Assembly: GCA_038087875.1 (NCBI GenBank)
Contig: CM075988.1
Location: forward strand, 19,656,001 to 19,720,000
Source: Malacoraja senta
Taxonomy: Eukaryota
Reading direction: 5' to 3'
DNA: 64,000 bases
Both the position numbers and the translations under genes were made by a program. Shown piece by piece: positions 50,901 through 63,835 of this stretch (position 1 is the stretch's first letter; each line of letters begins with the position of its first letter). The notes beneath the pieces are model-generated. The model was given only the letters and a program-made list of their open reading frames with translations, searched no databases and was not told the origin of the DNA.

Positions 50901-53900
50901 CTGAAGACTTAGGACACGATATTTTCTGCTTAATTTTGCCATTGCTCTGCAGTTGAGATAACTGGAAAAAAAGTATTAGAATTAGCGCGGCACAGAGGCA
51001 CAGATGCTGTCTTACAGCGCCAGAGATCCAGGTTCGATTCTGGCTATGCATGCTGTCTGTGGAGTTTGTAACAAGTCAGAGTCATACAGCATGGAAACAG
51101 GCCATTCAGCCCAACTCATCCATGCTGACCAACATGCATATCTGAGCATTTGCCTGCATATGCCCCATCTCCCTCTCAACCTTGGTCTGAAGAAGGGTCT
51201 CGACCCAAAATGTCATCCATTCCTTCTCTCCAGAGATGCTGCCTGTCCCACTGAGTTACTCCAGCATTTTGTGTCTACTTTCAATTTAAACCAGCATCTG
51301 CAGTTCTATCCTACACATTCCCTCTCAACCTTTCCTGTTCATGTACCTGGTCAAATGTCTTTAAATGTATGTACCCACACCCACAGTGTGAAAAAGTAAT
51401 CCTTTGGGTCTCTATTAAATCTTTTCCCTCTCACCTTAAACCTATGCCCTTTAGTTTTAGATTCCCCTTCATTGGGACAAAGTGCATTCACCTTATCTAT
51501 GCCTATGATTTTATACACCAAAGATCACCTTTCAGCATCCTGAGCTCCAAGGAATAAAGTCCCTGCCTGCCCATACTATACCTATAGCTCAGGTCCTGGC
51601 AACATCCTCGGAAATCTTCTCTGCACTTTTTTCCGAGCATAATGGCATCCTTCTATAGCAAGACGATGAAAACTGAACCCAATACTCCAAGTGCGGTTTC
51701 ATGAACATCTTGTACAACTGTAACATGATGTCCCAACTTCTATATTCAACTCCCTGACTGATGAAGGCCAGCGTACCAAAGGCCTTTTTCACCACCCTGT
51801 CTACCTGTGATGTCATCTAATTTCTTAAATAATGCGGATACATTTACTACCTTCCAATAATGGGAACTATTCTACAAGATGCCAAGCAGTGCATGCACTC
51901 TATCCGTAGGCATAGTCTTCAAAACCTATTGCTGGTCATCACATTTCATACTATTAATTTCTCCTATACTAGTTTCTCTTGAACACCAATTTGTGAACAT
52001 GGATCTTGCACTCACTCCATTTTTTAGGTGCACTTAAGCAGATTCCATTTCTCTCTCTGGGCAAGCGTCATTCGTCTCTACAGCCTTTCTCTCATTCTTT
52101 ATTATCATGGCTATCCCATCTCCTTTTCCACTTTATCTCTTTCTTAATAATTTAGTACTCATTTATTTTCATTCAGGCCATTTATTTACCCACCCTGTGA
52201 TAAATTGTGCCTGCGTTTACATACGGAACCTTCAATTACATAAAGTACCTGTTCTCATGTGCAGTATGATTTGCACGCAAACAAAGCTTTTCATTGCAAC
52301 CCGGTGAACATGGCAATAATAAATAACACCAATTAAATGGGTCATTTCACAGACCTGCACAGACATGGAATGGTACACTAGCAAGTAGTCCGTGCCTTCT
52401 GCAGAGAGAGGAGACGGAGAAAAGTGAGGGAGATACCAAGAATGAGGACCAAGGCTATATCTAACAGGAATGTAGATTAGTTGTTAGCACTGTGACGCAT
52501 CAGTTCCACAGACAAAGTCCAATGTCCGCAATGGGGTAGAGGTGAATCGGACAGATTCCCAGCTGATCACAGTCCCAGCTGTTCTGAGGAGGGTAGGAGA
52601 GGCCAAACTGGCTCTGGAGAAAAGTGCGCTCCCTCTATTGCAGAAGCAGTCCTGACAGTATACTTCTATAAAATAAACATTCACTTATCCATGATGAGAG
52701 AGAAACTGTGGGTCTCATACTGGGAAGGGGACAACAAGAATATTTGTTGGTAAGATGGTAGTCAATGGAAAGATTACTTTGGTATTTATCAAGCTTCTCA
52801 AATGAAGTCTAAGTTAATATCCACCCTCAAACTCAGCATAAACTCATTTGTGCCAATTCAGGGAAGCCATTTCTGCACATTTAGATTGTGGAGAAACAAG
52901 TCACTGCAGGAAAATCGTAGGAAGGAACTGCAGATGCTGGCTTAGCTGGACACAAAATGCTGGAGTAACTCAGCAGGACAGGCAGCATCTCTGGAGAGGA
53001 AGGGTCTCGACCTGAAACATCACCCATTCCTTCTCTCCAGCGATGCTGCCTGTCCCGCTGAGTTACGCCAGCATTTTATGTCTCTCTTCACTGCAGGAAA
53101 AGGTGTGACCAGGCCTGTCCTTGGTTGCCGTGGTAACAGACACCCAGGGAGAGTCTCATATCGAGAGATGAGAGATCTTGACAGACAATGGGTGCACAAC
53201 TGTGTTGCTTCTTCATGACACAGATTAATTGCAATGTTATTCACAGCCTACACAATGTAAATCAAACCACCGGTCTGCAAAATTATAAAGAACTTTAATT
53301 ACCTCATGGATTAGGACAAAGGTAATTCTCTGCATGCTTTTCATTCCTTTTTTTTTTACTCAATAAAGATTTAATCACAAGGTGGTACATTTTCAGGCTC
53401 GTAAGGAATGTTATTTTTTGTTATTTTTAAATGTCAGTCGGCTTAGAGAATACGTATTTAAGATCACAGGTGAGCTATATATCCACAGAACAGACATTTG
53501 CTTTGTTCAAAACTAAGCATCTATGCTTTGATATCAAAGTATGATATTTAGAAATCATAAATTGCATTATTCCTGAGCAGGAAAGCCAGATTAAGTTTGG
53601 AAATAGCAGGCCTATAAAAAGACTGATCAAGAGTCAAGAGTGTTTAATTATCATATGTACCGAAAACAATGAAATTCTTACTTGCTGCAGATTTACAGGC
53701 CAGTAAAAGCAGTAACACACATATAATATATAATAATCAAAAATACAATAAACTAATATCAAATAATTATAATAGTGAGAACAAATAAAGTCTGCAATAG
53801 AGTCCAAGTCATATTTCATAGAAGATCATAGTTGCTGAGGTTAATGTTGTGCAGTGTTCAAGAGCCTGATGGTTGTTGGGGAAGAAACTATTTTTGAACC

Positions 53901-56900
53901 TGATGGTCATGGTTTTTAGGCTTCTGGACTTTCTTCCTGATGGTATGAATGAGAGGAGAGCATGGCCAGGTTGGTGAAGGTCTAGGATGATATTGGTTGT
54001 TTTTTTGAGGCTGTGTCTCCTATTGATACCTCTGATGGCGAGGAGGTCAGTACCTGTGATGGACGGGGCAGTGTCTACCACAATCTGTCATCTTCTTCAT
54101 TCCTGGGCTTTCGAGTTACCGAACCAGGCCGTAATGCAACAACCAGTAATAACAAGCAGCATGTCATTATTTTGCAATAATGAACTAATAATAGTCTTAG
54201 TATCTGACAGTTTTTTAATCAAATATAATACACCAGCTTTGTTCTTAAAATAATGTCTGATAACATTGAAGTGCAGAGTGCTTATCAATGATGTTAAAAT
54301 GTAACATTTCGTTCAATCATCGCATAAATCTCTTGGTCATTAAGAATTCTTAAGCTATAATTACAGAGATGAACATAATTGATAAGTTTTCAAATTGAAG
54401 TCTGCCACGGCATTTCAGTACTTTATAAAGTCATCACATTTTGCTCCCATAGTGACTGCTGACACGTCATTTCAGTTACGGTATATTGAAATCAAGGAGG
54501 TTCTGACAATGACGTGGCTTAGTTAGAGTGTGTAAGAAGGAACTGCAGATGCTGGTTTAAACTGAAGATAGACACAAAAAGCTGGAGTAACTCAGCGGGA
54601 CCAGGCAGCATCTCTGGAGAGAAGGAATGGATGACGTTTTGGGTTGTCCCGAAAAGTCACCCATTCCTTGTCTCCAGAGATGCTGCCTGTCCCACTGCAT
54701 TACTCCAGCTTTTTGTGTCTATCTTTGGCTTAGTTAGAGCCATGGATTCATAGGCCAAAATGGCAGGGATACAGACCCTTTGGCCCACCAGGTCAATGCC
54801 GACCAAGTTGGCAAATGGTCCAGTCCCACTTGCTTGCATATGGCTTATTCCCATTTGTGGGAAACTGGTCTCTTAACTCCAAGGTCATGACATAAACATG
54901 AAACTCTTCTTCCATTTGCATCGAACAGCACAATTGCAACTTCTACAAAATAACAAGGTTCAAATTGATTTTCACTGGCGAAGGAACCAGACAATTGCAT
55001 TAACATTCCTTTTTTTAAACCTGGCCAAGTTAAATAGAATAATATCTCCAATCAAAAGCTAACAATCTTTCAACAGTCAATTAGAATTAATACGAATTCC
55101 AGAAATATCTCAGTGAAATCTTTGGAACTGGAGTAGGAATCTTAGCCCACATTCAGCATTGCCAGTAACCTTGTAAAATTAATGAGTAAAACTCATAACA
55201 TCTAGGTCTAAGAGAGGTCAAAACACATCCTTGATTTCTCTCTCATCTTGCATAGTGACCTTTGGCCATCTGTCTGACACCCCCTGATATGATGCTGGCC
55301 TGTGTGTGGGTAAGTTCTCCCAGTGAGGGCTCTTTTATGATTCGGCAGGCCAATGAGGGTGCCTGAAACGCACTGCCAGGGGTGATGGTGGAGGCAGACA
55401 TGATAGTGGTAGATACGACAGGAGCTTTTAGAAGGCACATGGATATGTAGGAGAATGAAGGGATATGGATCATGTGTAATCAGAGATTAGTTTTCAAAAT
55501 TACACAAATTGCTAGAGTGACTCATCAGGTCAAGCAACATATCTGGAGAACATGGATAAGTGATGTTTTGTGTTGGGACTCTTCTTCAGACTGATTGTGG
55601 TGAGTGGGGGGGGGGGAGAAAACAGGAAGAGAGGAGGGGCAGGACAAAGCCTGGTGGATGATGGGTGTACACAGGTGAAGTTTTCTTTGATAGGCAGACA
55701 GTTGGACAAAGGCCAGAGATGAAGAGCCAAAAGGGTGTATGATAAGGATAAAAGAGTTGCACACTGAAGAGAGAGAAAGGGCTGTAGGTGGGAGAGGAAG
55801 GAGAAGGGGATAAATGGATACGAGTCAAGGTGGGGCGCAGAGAATGGGGGGGGGGTGTTGTTTGTAGGTTCGTTAACCAAAATTGGAGGATTCAATGTTC
55901 ATATCGTTAGGTTCCCAAGCAAAATATGAGGTGCTGTTCCTCCATTTTGCATGTGGTCTCACTCTGCCTTCCTCCCATTTGTGGATTAGTTTAACCTGGC
56001 ATCATGCTCAGCATGGACATTGTGGGTCGAAGGGCCTGTTCCTGTGCTTTACTGTTCAATGTTCTCTGTTCCATGGTAAGTCTTTTGGGCATTGAGAGCA
56101 ACTGGAGAGATGTGTCCACCATCCCAAAAATCAGATGCAAACTCTGCCATTATTTACTGCTCGAATGAAAATATTTGGGTAAAATAAAAAATATTAAGGG
56201 TGATTTTAACAAATAGTGCTTTGGGTACTTTGGTTTTTTTTTTCTTCCTTGTTTATTTATTAGAACCAAGAGGATCAAACACTAAATATGTGCTCTGGCG
56301 AATCTGAGAATTCACAGTGCAGCAAAAGATTCTGGTGATGGATTTCATGATCCTATTATGGATTAAAAGGGAGTCACAAAATAGCAGTTCATCCACCCTC
56401 CCCCAGCACTGTGGCCCATCAACCCTGCACAAATATATCTAAAGAGGATGACTTCAGAGGCAAATTTATCAGGATGACAGCAGAATGATCAATTCAGACT
56501 GTGAAATGACTTCGGAGCCATTTTCAACACGCAGGAAAAGGTAATTTACAGGATTATTGGTAAAACAAATCATTTTGTGGCATCTCTATATAGTTGATGA
56601 TTGTGTTTTATCTGCACCATTCTTTTCCACCTGAAACCATAAGGAGATATAATCTAAAATCTGCACTTTCTGATGGGGCGTTATAATAAAACAGACACTG
56701 AAGATTCTTCGCACTGGCTCCTTCCATTTTAGTGCAAGTACACAGAAAGAGCTGAAAAACTCCGCAGCACAGGAAAGGCACACTTTTATGGCAGAATAAT
56801 AATCCCCAGATTTAACTGTCAGGCACTAGAGGAGAGGTGATGTGTTTATAAACTGTTACCTTAAATGAAAGAAATTCTGGATGAGGCCAAGGGATGTATA

Positions 56901-59900
56901 AACACGTAAGAGGCTCTCATCTCACTACTACCATCGGGAAGAAGGTACAGGAGTCTGAAAATCATGACCACCAGGTTCAAGAACAGCTTCTTCCCAGCAA
57001 CCACCAGGCTCTTGAACACTGCACAACATTTAATCTCAGCAACTATGTTCTTCAATGGACTATGTCTTTGTTTAGTTTTAGTTAAGAGATACAGTAGCGG
57101 AAGCGGGCCCTTCGGCCCACCGAATCCGTGCCGACCAGCGATCCCCGCACAAGCTTATACACACTAGGAACAATTTACACTTATACCAAGTATACAAACC
57201 CAAGCCAATTAACCTAACCTACAAACCTGTACGTCTTTGGAGTGTGGGAGGAAACCGATCTCGGAGAAAAACCACACGGTCACGGGGAGAACGTACAAAC
57301 TCTGTACAGACGGCGCCCGTAGTCAGGATTGAACACGAGTCTCTGGTGCTGCAAGCGCTGTAAGGCAGCAACTTTTCCGCTGCACCACCGTGCCGCCCTT
57401 TGGTTTGGTACTATTACGGTTACCTAGTGTTATGGTTATTAATTTAAACTTCCCATCCCATTCCCATTCCCATACTGACCTTTCTGTCCTGGGCCTCCTC
57501 CATTGCCAGAGTGAGGCCACATGCAAATTGGAGGAACAGCACCTCATATTTTGCTTGGGTAGCTTACACCCCAGCGGTATTACCATTGAATTCTCTACTT
57601 TTAAGTAACTTCTACTAACACTCCCCTTCCCTTCCCACTGTACATATTGTTTTCCTCTTGAGATTATCCCTTCCATAGCCTACTATGGGCTTATCAGACA
57701 CCGCCCTGCTTGAGGTCATTTATGGCTAGCCCTGACTGGTCTTGGTTTTTTCTCGCCTCCAGCGCTTCACCCAACCCCGACTCTCAGTCTGAAGAAGGAT
57801 CCCGACCCGAAACATCCTTTTTCTCCAGAGATGCTGCCTGACCTGCTGAGTTACTGCAGCATTTTTTGTCTATCTTAAGAATTTCATTATCCTGTTGCCG
57901 GAGCATATGACAATTGAACATTCTTGGTTTATGCTGTAGAGGAAGAGGAAGGCAGTTGGTCTCCTCATGCTTGTTGCTGTTAGAGTCCCAGCACTCTTGT
58001 TGTTCTGGAGATACAGGCGACTGCAGATGCCGGAATCTGAAACAAACCAATAAACTGCTGGGGAACGCAATGGGCCGAACATCATCTGTGGGGGGCAGAA
58101 GGAATTGTTAACATTTCTGTTCCTGTTTTCTAACTGTTCTTCCTCCTCCAGACAGATTGTGTCTCCTGGACCTCCTTGCTCTACACCCTACCACAGACAC
58201 ATGATCATAATCATAAGTAACTCAGTGGGTCAGACAGTATCTCCTGAGAAATGGAATAGATGATGTTTCGGGTAAACACCCTTCTTCAAACCTGAAAACG
58301 TCATTGATTCCTTCTCTCCAGAGATGCTGTCTGACCTGGTGAATTACTCCAGCTTTTTGTGTCTATCTTCAGTTTAAACCAGCATCTGCAGTTCCTGCAT
58401 ACACTGTGCTTGTTCCTGTTCTTTACTACAATGCTGTAATACTAATGTTCTTTTATGTGTCGGTACAATGTACCAGCACCTCTAAACAGTTGGTAAGTGA
58501 GAAAATGGCATTGTTTTACTTAATTTCACACGTTTCTGCTCAACTTGGGTGGGGTGGGGGAGGGAGTGAGGGGGGGGGGGCATTATCTCTGACGTCTTAC
58601 ACCACCCAGGGAGGTCACTCGGTTATCTCGGTCACAACTGCTATAGAGTTATAATGCACGGAACAGGCCCTTCAGCCCAACTTGGTGATGCTGAAGTGAT
58701 ATAGTCCCATTTGCTTGCATTTGGTCCGCATCCCTCTAAGCCTAATGTATGTGGAGAGGATGATTCCGCTAGTGGTCAAGCCTAGGACCAGAGGCCATTG
58801 CCTCAGAATAAAACAACGTGCCTTTAAGAAGGAGAAAAGGAGGAATTTCTTTAGTCAGATGGTGGTGAATCTGTTGAATTCATTGCCACAGAAGGCTGTG
58901 GAGGCCAAGTTAATGGATATTTTTAAAGCAGAGATTGATACATTCTTGAATGCTACGGGTGTCAGAAGTTATGGGGAGAAGGCAGGAGAGTGGGGTTGAG
59001 AGGGAAAGAGATCAGCCATGATTGAATGGCTGAGTAGACGATGGGCCGAATCGCCTAATTCTGCTCCTATCATTCATGAACTTATGAACTTATAAAACCT
59101 TTTTTATCCATGTACTTGTCCAAGTATTTTTAAAATCTTGTTATTGTATCTGCCTCAACTATATCCTCTGGCAGCTCGTTCCATATACCCACTGCCCTCT
59201 GAGTGAATCACCCACCCTCTGCCTGTCTGCGGTTACATTACACAGAGCCACCTGGACAGTGAGATGCAGCATGAAGCTTACGACAGGGAGCTGGTGGAAC
59301 TATAATGAAGTTTAAAGCGGATTAAAACTCTCTGAGAGCTGGAGGTAGATAGTAAATACACATGACAGGCTCAATAATGCTTCAAATTAAAATCACCTTA
59401 TTAAAAGTCGAATATAAGTTAAGGATTGGGTAACCAGTGAGATAGAAAATTGTTTCTTTGTCTTTCAAATAAAGACCAGGGAAAGGCACCAATCTCATAG
59501 CTTTTATTCAAGATTCTAGACAAATAGGTCAATTTTCTAACTCATTGGTCATCCAATCTCTGACTTATTTACGAATGTTCTTTACAAGAGACCCATTAGT
59601 TCTTGGCAGTGCTGTTCATCAATATTATATTAACTCCATTCAATAACTTTTTGTTCGTCATCACACATTTGACACCGAGCTAAAGGCGCTATGGAGTTCT
59701 GAGCACTGGACATTAATTGTGAATTGTGCCATTGTCCGTAGCCATGAGATGAATTGTACAATGTTACACTCCTTAGCGGTTGTGTTTCCCAGAGAGCATG
59801 TGATTAGCATTGCTCGTATGATGCCGCTAATATTTTTGTTGGAGAATTGTGGGCAGTGGTTGGCTGGGGGAGGGGGAATTGTTATGTGGGCAGCTGAGGG

Positions 59901-61300
59901 TACTAGAGGGATCGAGGATGGTGGGCAGGCTTAGTTTAGTTTAGAGATAGAGCACGGAAACAGGCCCTTCGGCCCAACGAGTCCGTGCCGACCAGCGATC
60001 CCTGTACACCAGCACTATCCTACACACACTAGAGACAATTTACAATTATACCAAATCCAATTAGCCTACAAACCTGTACATCTTTGGAGTGTGGGAGGAA
60101 ACCAGAGCACCTGGAGAAAACCCACACTGGTCACAGGGAGAACATACCAACTCCGTATAGACAGCACCCGTAGTCAGGATCGAACCCGGGTCTCTGGCGC
60201 TGTGAGGCAACAACTCTACCGCTGCGCCATCGTGCCACAGGCGGAGACACTTGAGTTGTTGCCACTTCCCTACTTGATACCGGCTTCCATGTACAATCTG
60301 TCTCTGCAGGTTATTGTCTGTTAAATAGATCTCAGCCACGGGTCTGTGGGCACGACTTGTGTCTGACTTGAGGACACACGGTAGAAACTTTAGACGCAAA
60401 TATCGCAGCTGCCAGTGTGGAACTGAGTGGAGGAGGTCCTGTCGTATGGATCTGCTGCTAAACCTGTCAGAGGTCATGCAGGAATTGTTCTTTTATTGTC
60501 ATGTACACCGAGATACAGTGAAAAATGTATGTGTGCTATCCAGTCAAATTATACTATATATGAGTACAACCAAGCCATACACAAGTACAACATGTAGTGC
60601 AAAGAGCAAAATACCAGAGTGCAGAAGTAATGTTACACAGTACTTTCTTTGTAGACAAAATGGTGCTGGTATGCATATTATTTACAAATCAAGACTTGCT
60701 CATTCTTAATGTTTAATTGATATGAATTAATAGGTCTTAATATTTAATCCGTCAATATTGTTTCCATCAATATACCTCCCCTCTTCTGTTCTTCTCGTAA
60801 CAAAACTAAAAAGTATAAAATCAACGCGTTAAAAATGAATTACAATGCTATACACTAAAACACTTTCCAACTATTTTCCATCATATAGAGCTCATGAGGG
60901 GAATAGTTATGGTGGATGCACAGAGTCTTGTAACCAGAGTAGGGGAATCATGAACCAGAGGACATAGGTTTAAGGTGAGAGGGAATAGATTTAATAGGAA
61001 TCTGATGAACAACTTTTTCACACAGAGGGAGATGGGTATATAGAATGAGCTGCCAGAGGAGGTAGTTGAGACAGGTACTATAACAACATTTAAAAGACAA
61101 TTGGACAGGTACATGGCCTGGAAAGGTTTAGAGGGATCTGGACCAGAGGCGAGCAGGCGGGACTAGTGTAGATAGGGCATCTTGGTCGGCACCGGCCGGT
61201 TGGGCCTGTTTCCGTGCTACATGATCCTATCACTCCAACTCCATTCTTGATGCTACCCTCCATATGCAATCTGTTTAACAGATGTCAGCCATGGGCAGAA
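47918..61300. repeat. 13,383-bp duplicated block, copy 2
   Basis: Matches 34335-47717; starts mid-SINE immediately after the gap. Confidence 0.95.
60274..60463 (-). CDS. Candidate cytoplasmic exon A with ITIM-like LRYLRL (duplicate at 46691-46880)
   Basis: tgacctctgacag acceptor in phase 2; open frame FSSRSIRQDLLHSVPHWQLRYLRLKFLP...; paralogous to exon B. Confidence 0.3.
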
Positions 61301-61456
61301 CACAGGTCTGGTCGTAGAGTTAACGACCCACATTAGATACTTTAAACACAAGTATCTCAGCTGCAGGTGTGGAAGTGAGGCAGCGCAGCTCTGCTCATAT
61401 AAAATAAAAGAGTTTGATATTTCACACTTGGGCCCCTTTGCCAAGATGTCCCAGAC
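61257..61456 (-). CDS. Candidate cytoplasmic exon B with ITIM-like LRYLCL
   Basis: gcattgcag acceptor in phase 0; 66 open codons VWDILAKGPKCEISNSFILYEQ...QIAYG; ends at a weak GG|gtagca donor or at the TAG (61253-61255). Confidence 0.35.
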
Positions 61457-61504
61457 CTGCAATGCTGACTGTTTCCTTATCGACAGAAAGAAAATGGCAC
61501 AGAC

Positions 61505-61782
61505 GGGCGGCACATCGGCTCAACGGTAGAGTTGCTGCCTCACAGCGCCAGAGACCTGGGTTTCAATCCTGACTACGGGTGTTGTCTGTGTGGAGTTTGT
61601 ACGTTCTCCCTGTGACCGCGTAGGTTTTCTCCGGGTGCTACGGTTTCCTCCCACATTCCAAGATGTGCAGGTTAATTGGTTTCTGTAAATTGTCCCTAGT
61701 GTGTAGAGTAGAACTACTGTACTGGTGATTGTTGGTCAGCGTGGACTTGCTGGGCTGTATCTCTAAAAGTCAAACTAAACTA
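61505..61782 (+). mobile_element. HE1-like V-SINE
   Basis: SINE consensus match. Confidence 0.85.
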
Positions 61783-62004
61783 AGATGCTGTCTAACTGAA
61801 AATGTTCTTACCATTTTCTGTTTTTATTTTAGACCTGAAACTTTGACCCTGTTTCCTTCTCCACAGAAGCTGCCTGACCTGCTGAGTGTCTCTAGCACTT
61901 TCCGGTATTATCTCCGGGAAGAATGAGGAGAACGCATGACATCAACATTCCTTTGAATGCAACAGTTGGCTTATCAAACAACCGTTGCCTGAATGTTTGG
62001 ATCA

Positions 62005-62590
62005 TGGACTCATACAGCTATACAGCACGGAAACAGGCCCATTGGTCCACCTTGTCCATGTGTCTAAATTGGCATTCTGGACTAGTCCCATTTGCTTGCA
62101 TTTGTCCCATATCCCTCCAAACCGTTCCGATCCTTGTATGGTGCAATATTTATGAAAGTCCTAACTACATTCGCTTCAATAGCTTTCTCTGGCAGCTCAA
62201 TGCAGATACAGACCATACTCAGAGTGAAAACGTTACCTCTGAGGTCCCTCTTAAATCTCTCTTGTCTCACTTTAAGTCTAGTTTTAGAATCCTCGACCCC
62301 AGGGAAAGAGACTGTGAGCATTCATAGGGTCATACAGCTCAAAAGCAGGTCATCGGCCAAACTTGCCCATATCCACAATGACGTCCTATCTACACTAGTC
62401 CCACCTGCCTGTGCTTGGCCCACATCCCTCTAACTGTTTCCTATCATTCATTTGATCAATACCCCCTCGTGATCTTGAGAACCTCAAAAGGGTCACCTCT
62501 CAATCTCCTACACTGGAATAGAAAACATCCCACGTCTCCCTGTAACTCAATCCCACAAGCCCGGGTGACGTCTTGGTGAATTTTCTGCCA
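62005..62590 (-). mobile_element. Decayed CR1-type LINE 3' fragments
   Basis: RLKVRQERFKRDLRGNVFT and RRLRGDPFEVLKI. Confidence 0.75.
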
Positions 62591-63242
62591 ATTAATGTTA
62601 TTGGTTGGTAAATATTTAGCAAAGCACCTGTGATTATCTGATAAACCTACTCTTACTGGGAACCACAAAGAACGCAGAAGATGGACACAAAATGATGGAG
62701 TATCTCAGTGAGGCAGCAACTGAAGAAAAGGAATGAGTGATGTTTCTTCAGAAGAGTCAGAAGAGCTACTGCAGCAATTTTGTGTCCATCTTCAGTGTAA
62801 ACCAGCATCAGCAGTTCCTTCCTATCACAGAGAATGCATCACTGGATAAACTAGGCTGAAACTACACTTAATGATCAGGAAAGGAACTCAAATTCACAAG
62901 CCTGTTACTCAGATGAGAAACCACCACAGCATCGGGCCTGAAGTGGTGCGAGACAGCTCGAGCTTAAGTAAGCAGACTGATATGAATTCACTGCATGAAC
63001 AGAGGTCTGCCTTCCTGAGGCTCACATCACTAAGGTATTATCAGCAGTCAACTCTAGTTCTCAAAGCATTATGGCAAAACAATGGCATTTTTCTGAAAGC
63101 CAGTTCTAATTTAATTTTCAATTTACAAAATGTTCATCCCTAATCCCAAGACTCAATCTGCAGTCACAGTCACTCCAGCATTTCCCTTTAGAACCTCAAA
63201 GTGTGTGTGAGGATCTTTATTCTGCAACCTCCAGAGACATAC

Positions 63243-63400
63243 ATTTTCAGCGCACATCAAACATTTATTAACACGTATCAATGGTGCCGCAGTAACAATG
63301 CAGCCACCAGATAAGATGATGATTACAATGCCGATGGAGTACTTCAGCCATCCTGCCCCTGTTCTCCAACCCCCTGTGAATCCACTGCAGGAGGCATTAG
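63243..63400 (-). CDS. Candidate transmembrane-encoding exon (NASCSGFTGGWRTGAGWLKYSIGIVIIILSGGCIVTAAPLIRVNKCLMCAEN)
   Basis: tccttttatattttag acceptor (phase 1), AAT|gtatgt donor (phase 0), about 22 uncharged hydrophobic residues followed by R and K; missing from the ORF track because it has no in-frame start upstream. Confidence 0.4.
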
Positions 63401-63629
63401 CTAAAATATAAAAGGATTAATGAGTACAAGTCAGTTTTGACAAGACAGAAAGTACAATAACTTAATAAAGCTTTAATTCTTCCATGCTGCGTTAACCTTC
63501 AGTGAATTTTTAGTGCTTTGATAAAGTAGTTAATTTAAATCTTAAAGTTTAAAAAAATTAAGCACTTTAGATAGGATTAAGTGGAAACAAAATGGGATAG
63601 AAATTGGTGTACAGCGCACCTCGTTTTGG

Positions 63630-63835
63630 AAGCTTACATTTTTCTGCATCTTTTTCAGAATGTTCCAAGGCACTTTGCAGTTTAGGGAGTGCTGGCTGTT
63701 GTAGTAAATCCTACATCCGATCTGTGTACAAGTCCCTGCAAACGGTAACGTGATAGTGACCAGATTATCTGTTCCCGTCACGCTGAGCGTTGGGCACAAC
63801 ACCGGGGAGCATTCTTGTTCTTACTGAAAAGAGCA
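63630..63835 (-). mobile_element. Ancient Deu-domain SINE remnant (SacSINE1-like)
   Basis: Minus strand CTCCCCGGTGTTGTGCCCAA...ACAGATAATCTGGTCACTATCAC...TGCAAAGTGCCTTGG...AAATGTAAG follows the recalled DeuSINE core and tail. Confidence 0.6.

Noticed and set aside
34335..61300. Real recent segmental duplication
   Set aside because: No differences were noticed and both breakpoints coincide with the gap edges; retained only as a probable artefact
61300..61410. By-eye similarity of FILYEQSCAASLPHLQ...LKYL to mammalian IL-2
   Set aside because: The conserved cysteine is absent, the exon structure does not match, and IL-2 diverges too fast for such a match to be meaningful
63542..63802. 86-aa ORF as a true coding exon
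   Set aside because: It overlaps the Deu-domain SINE remnant
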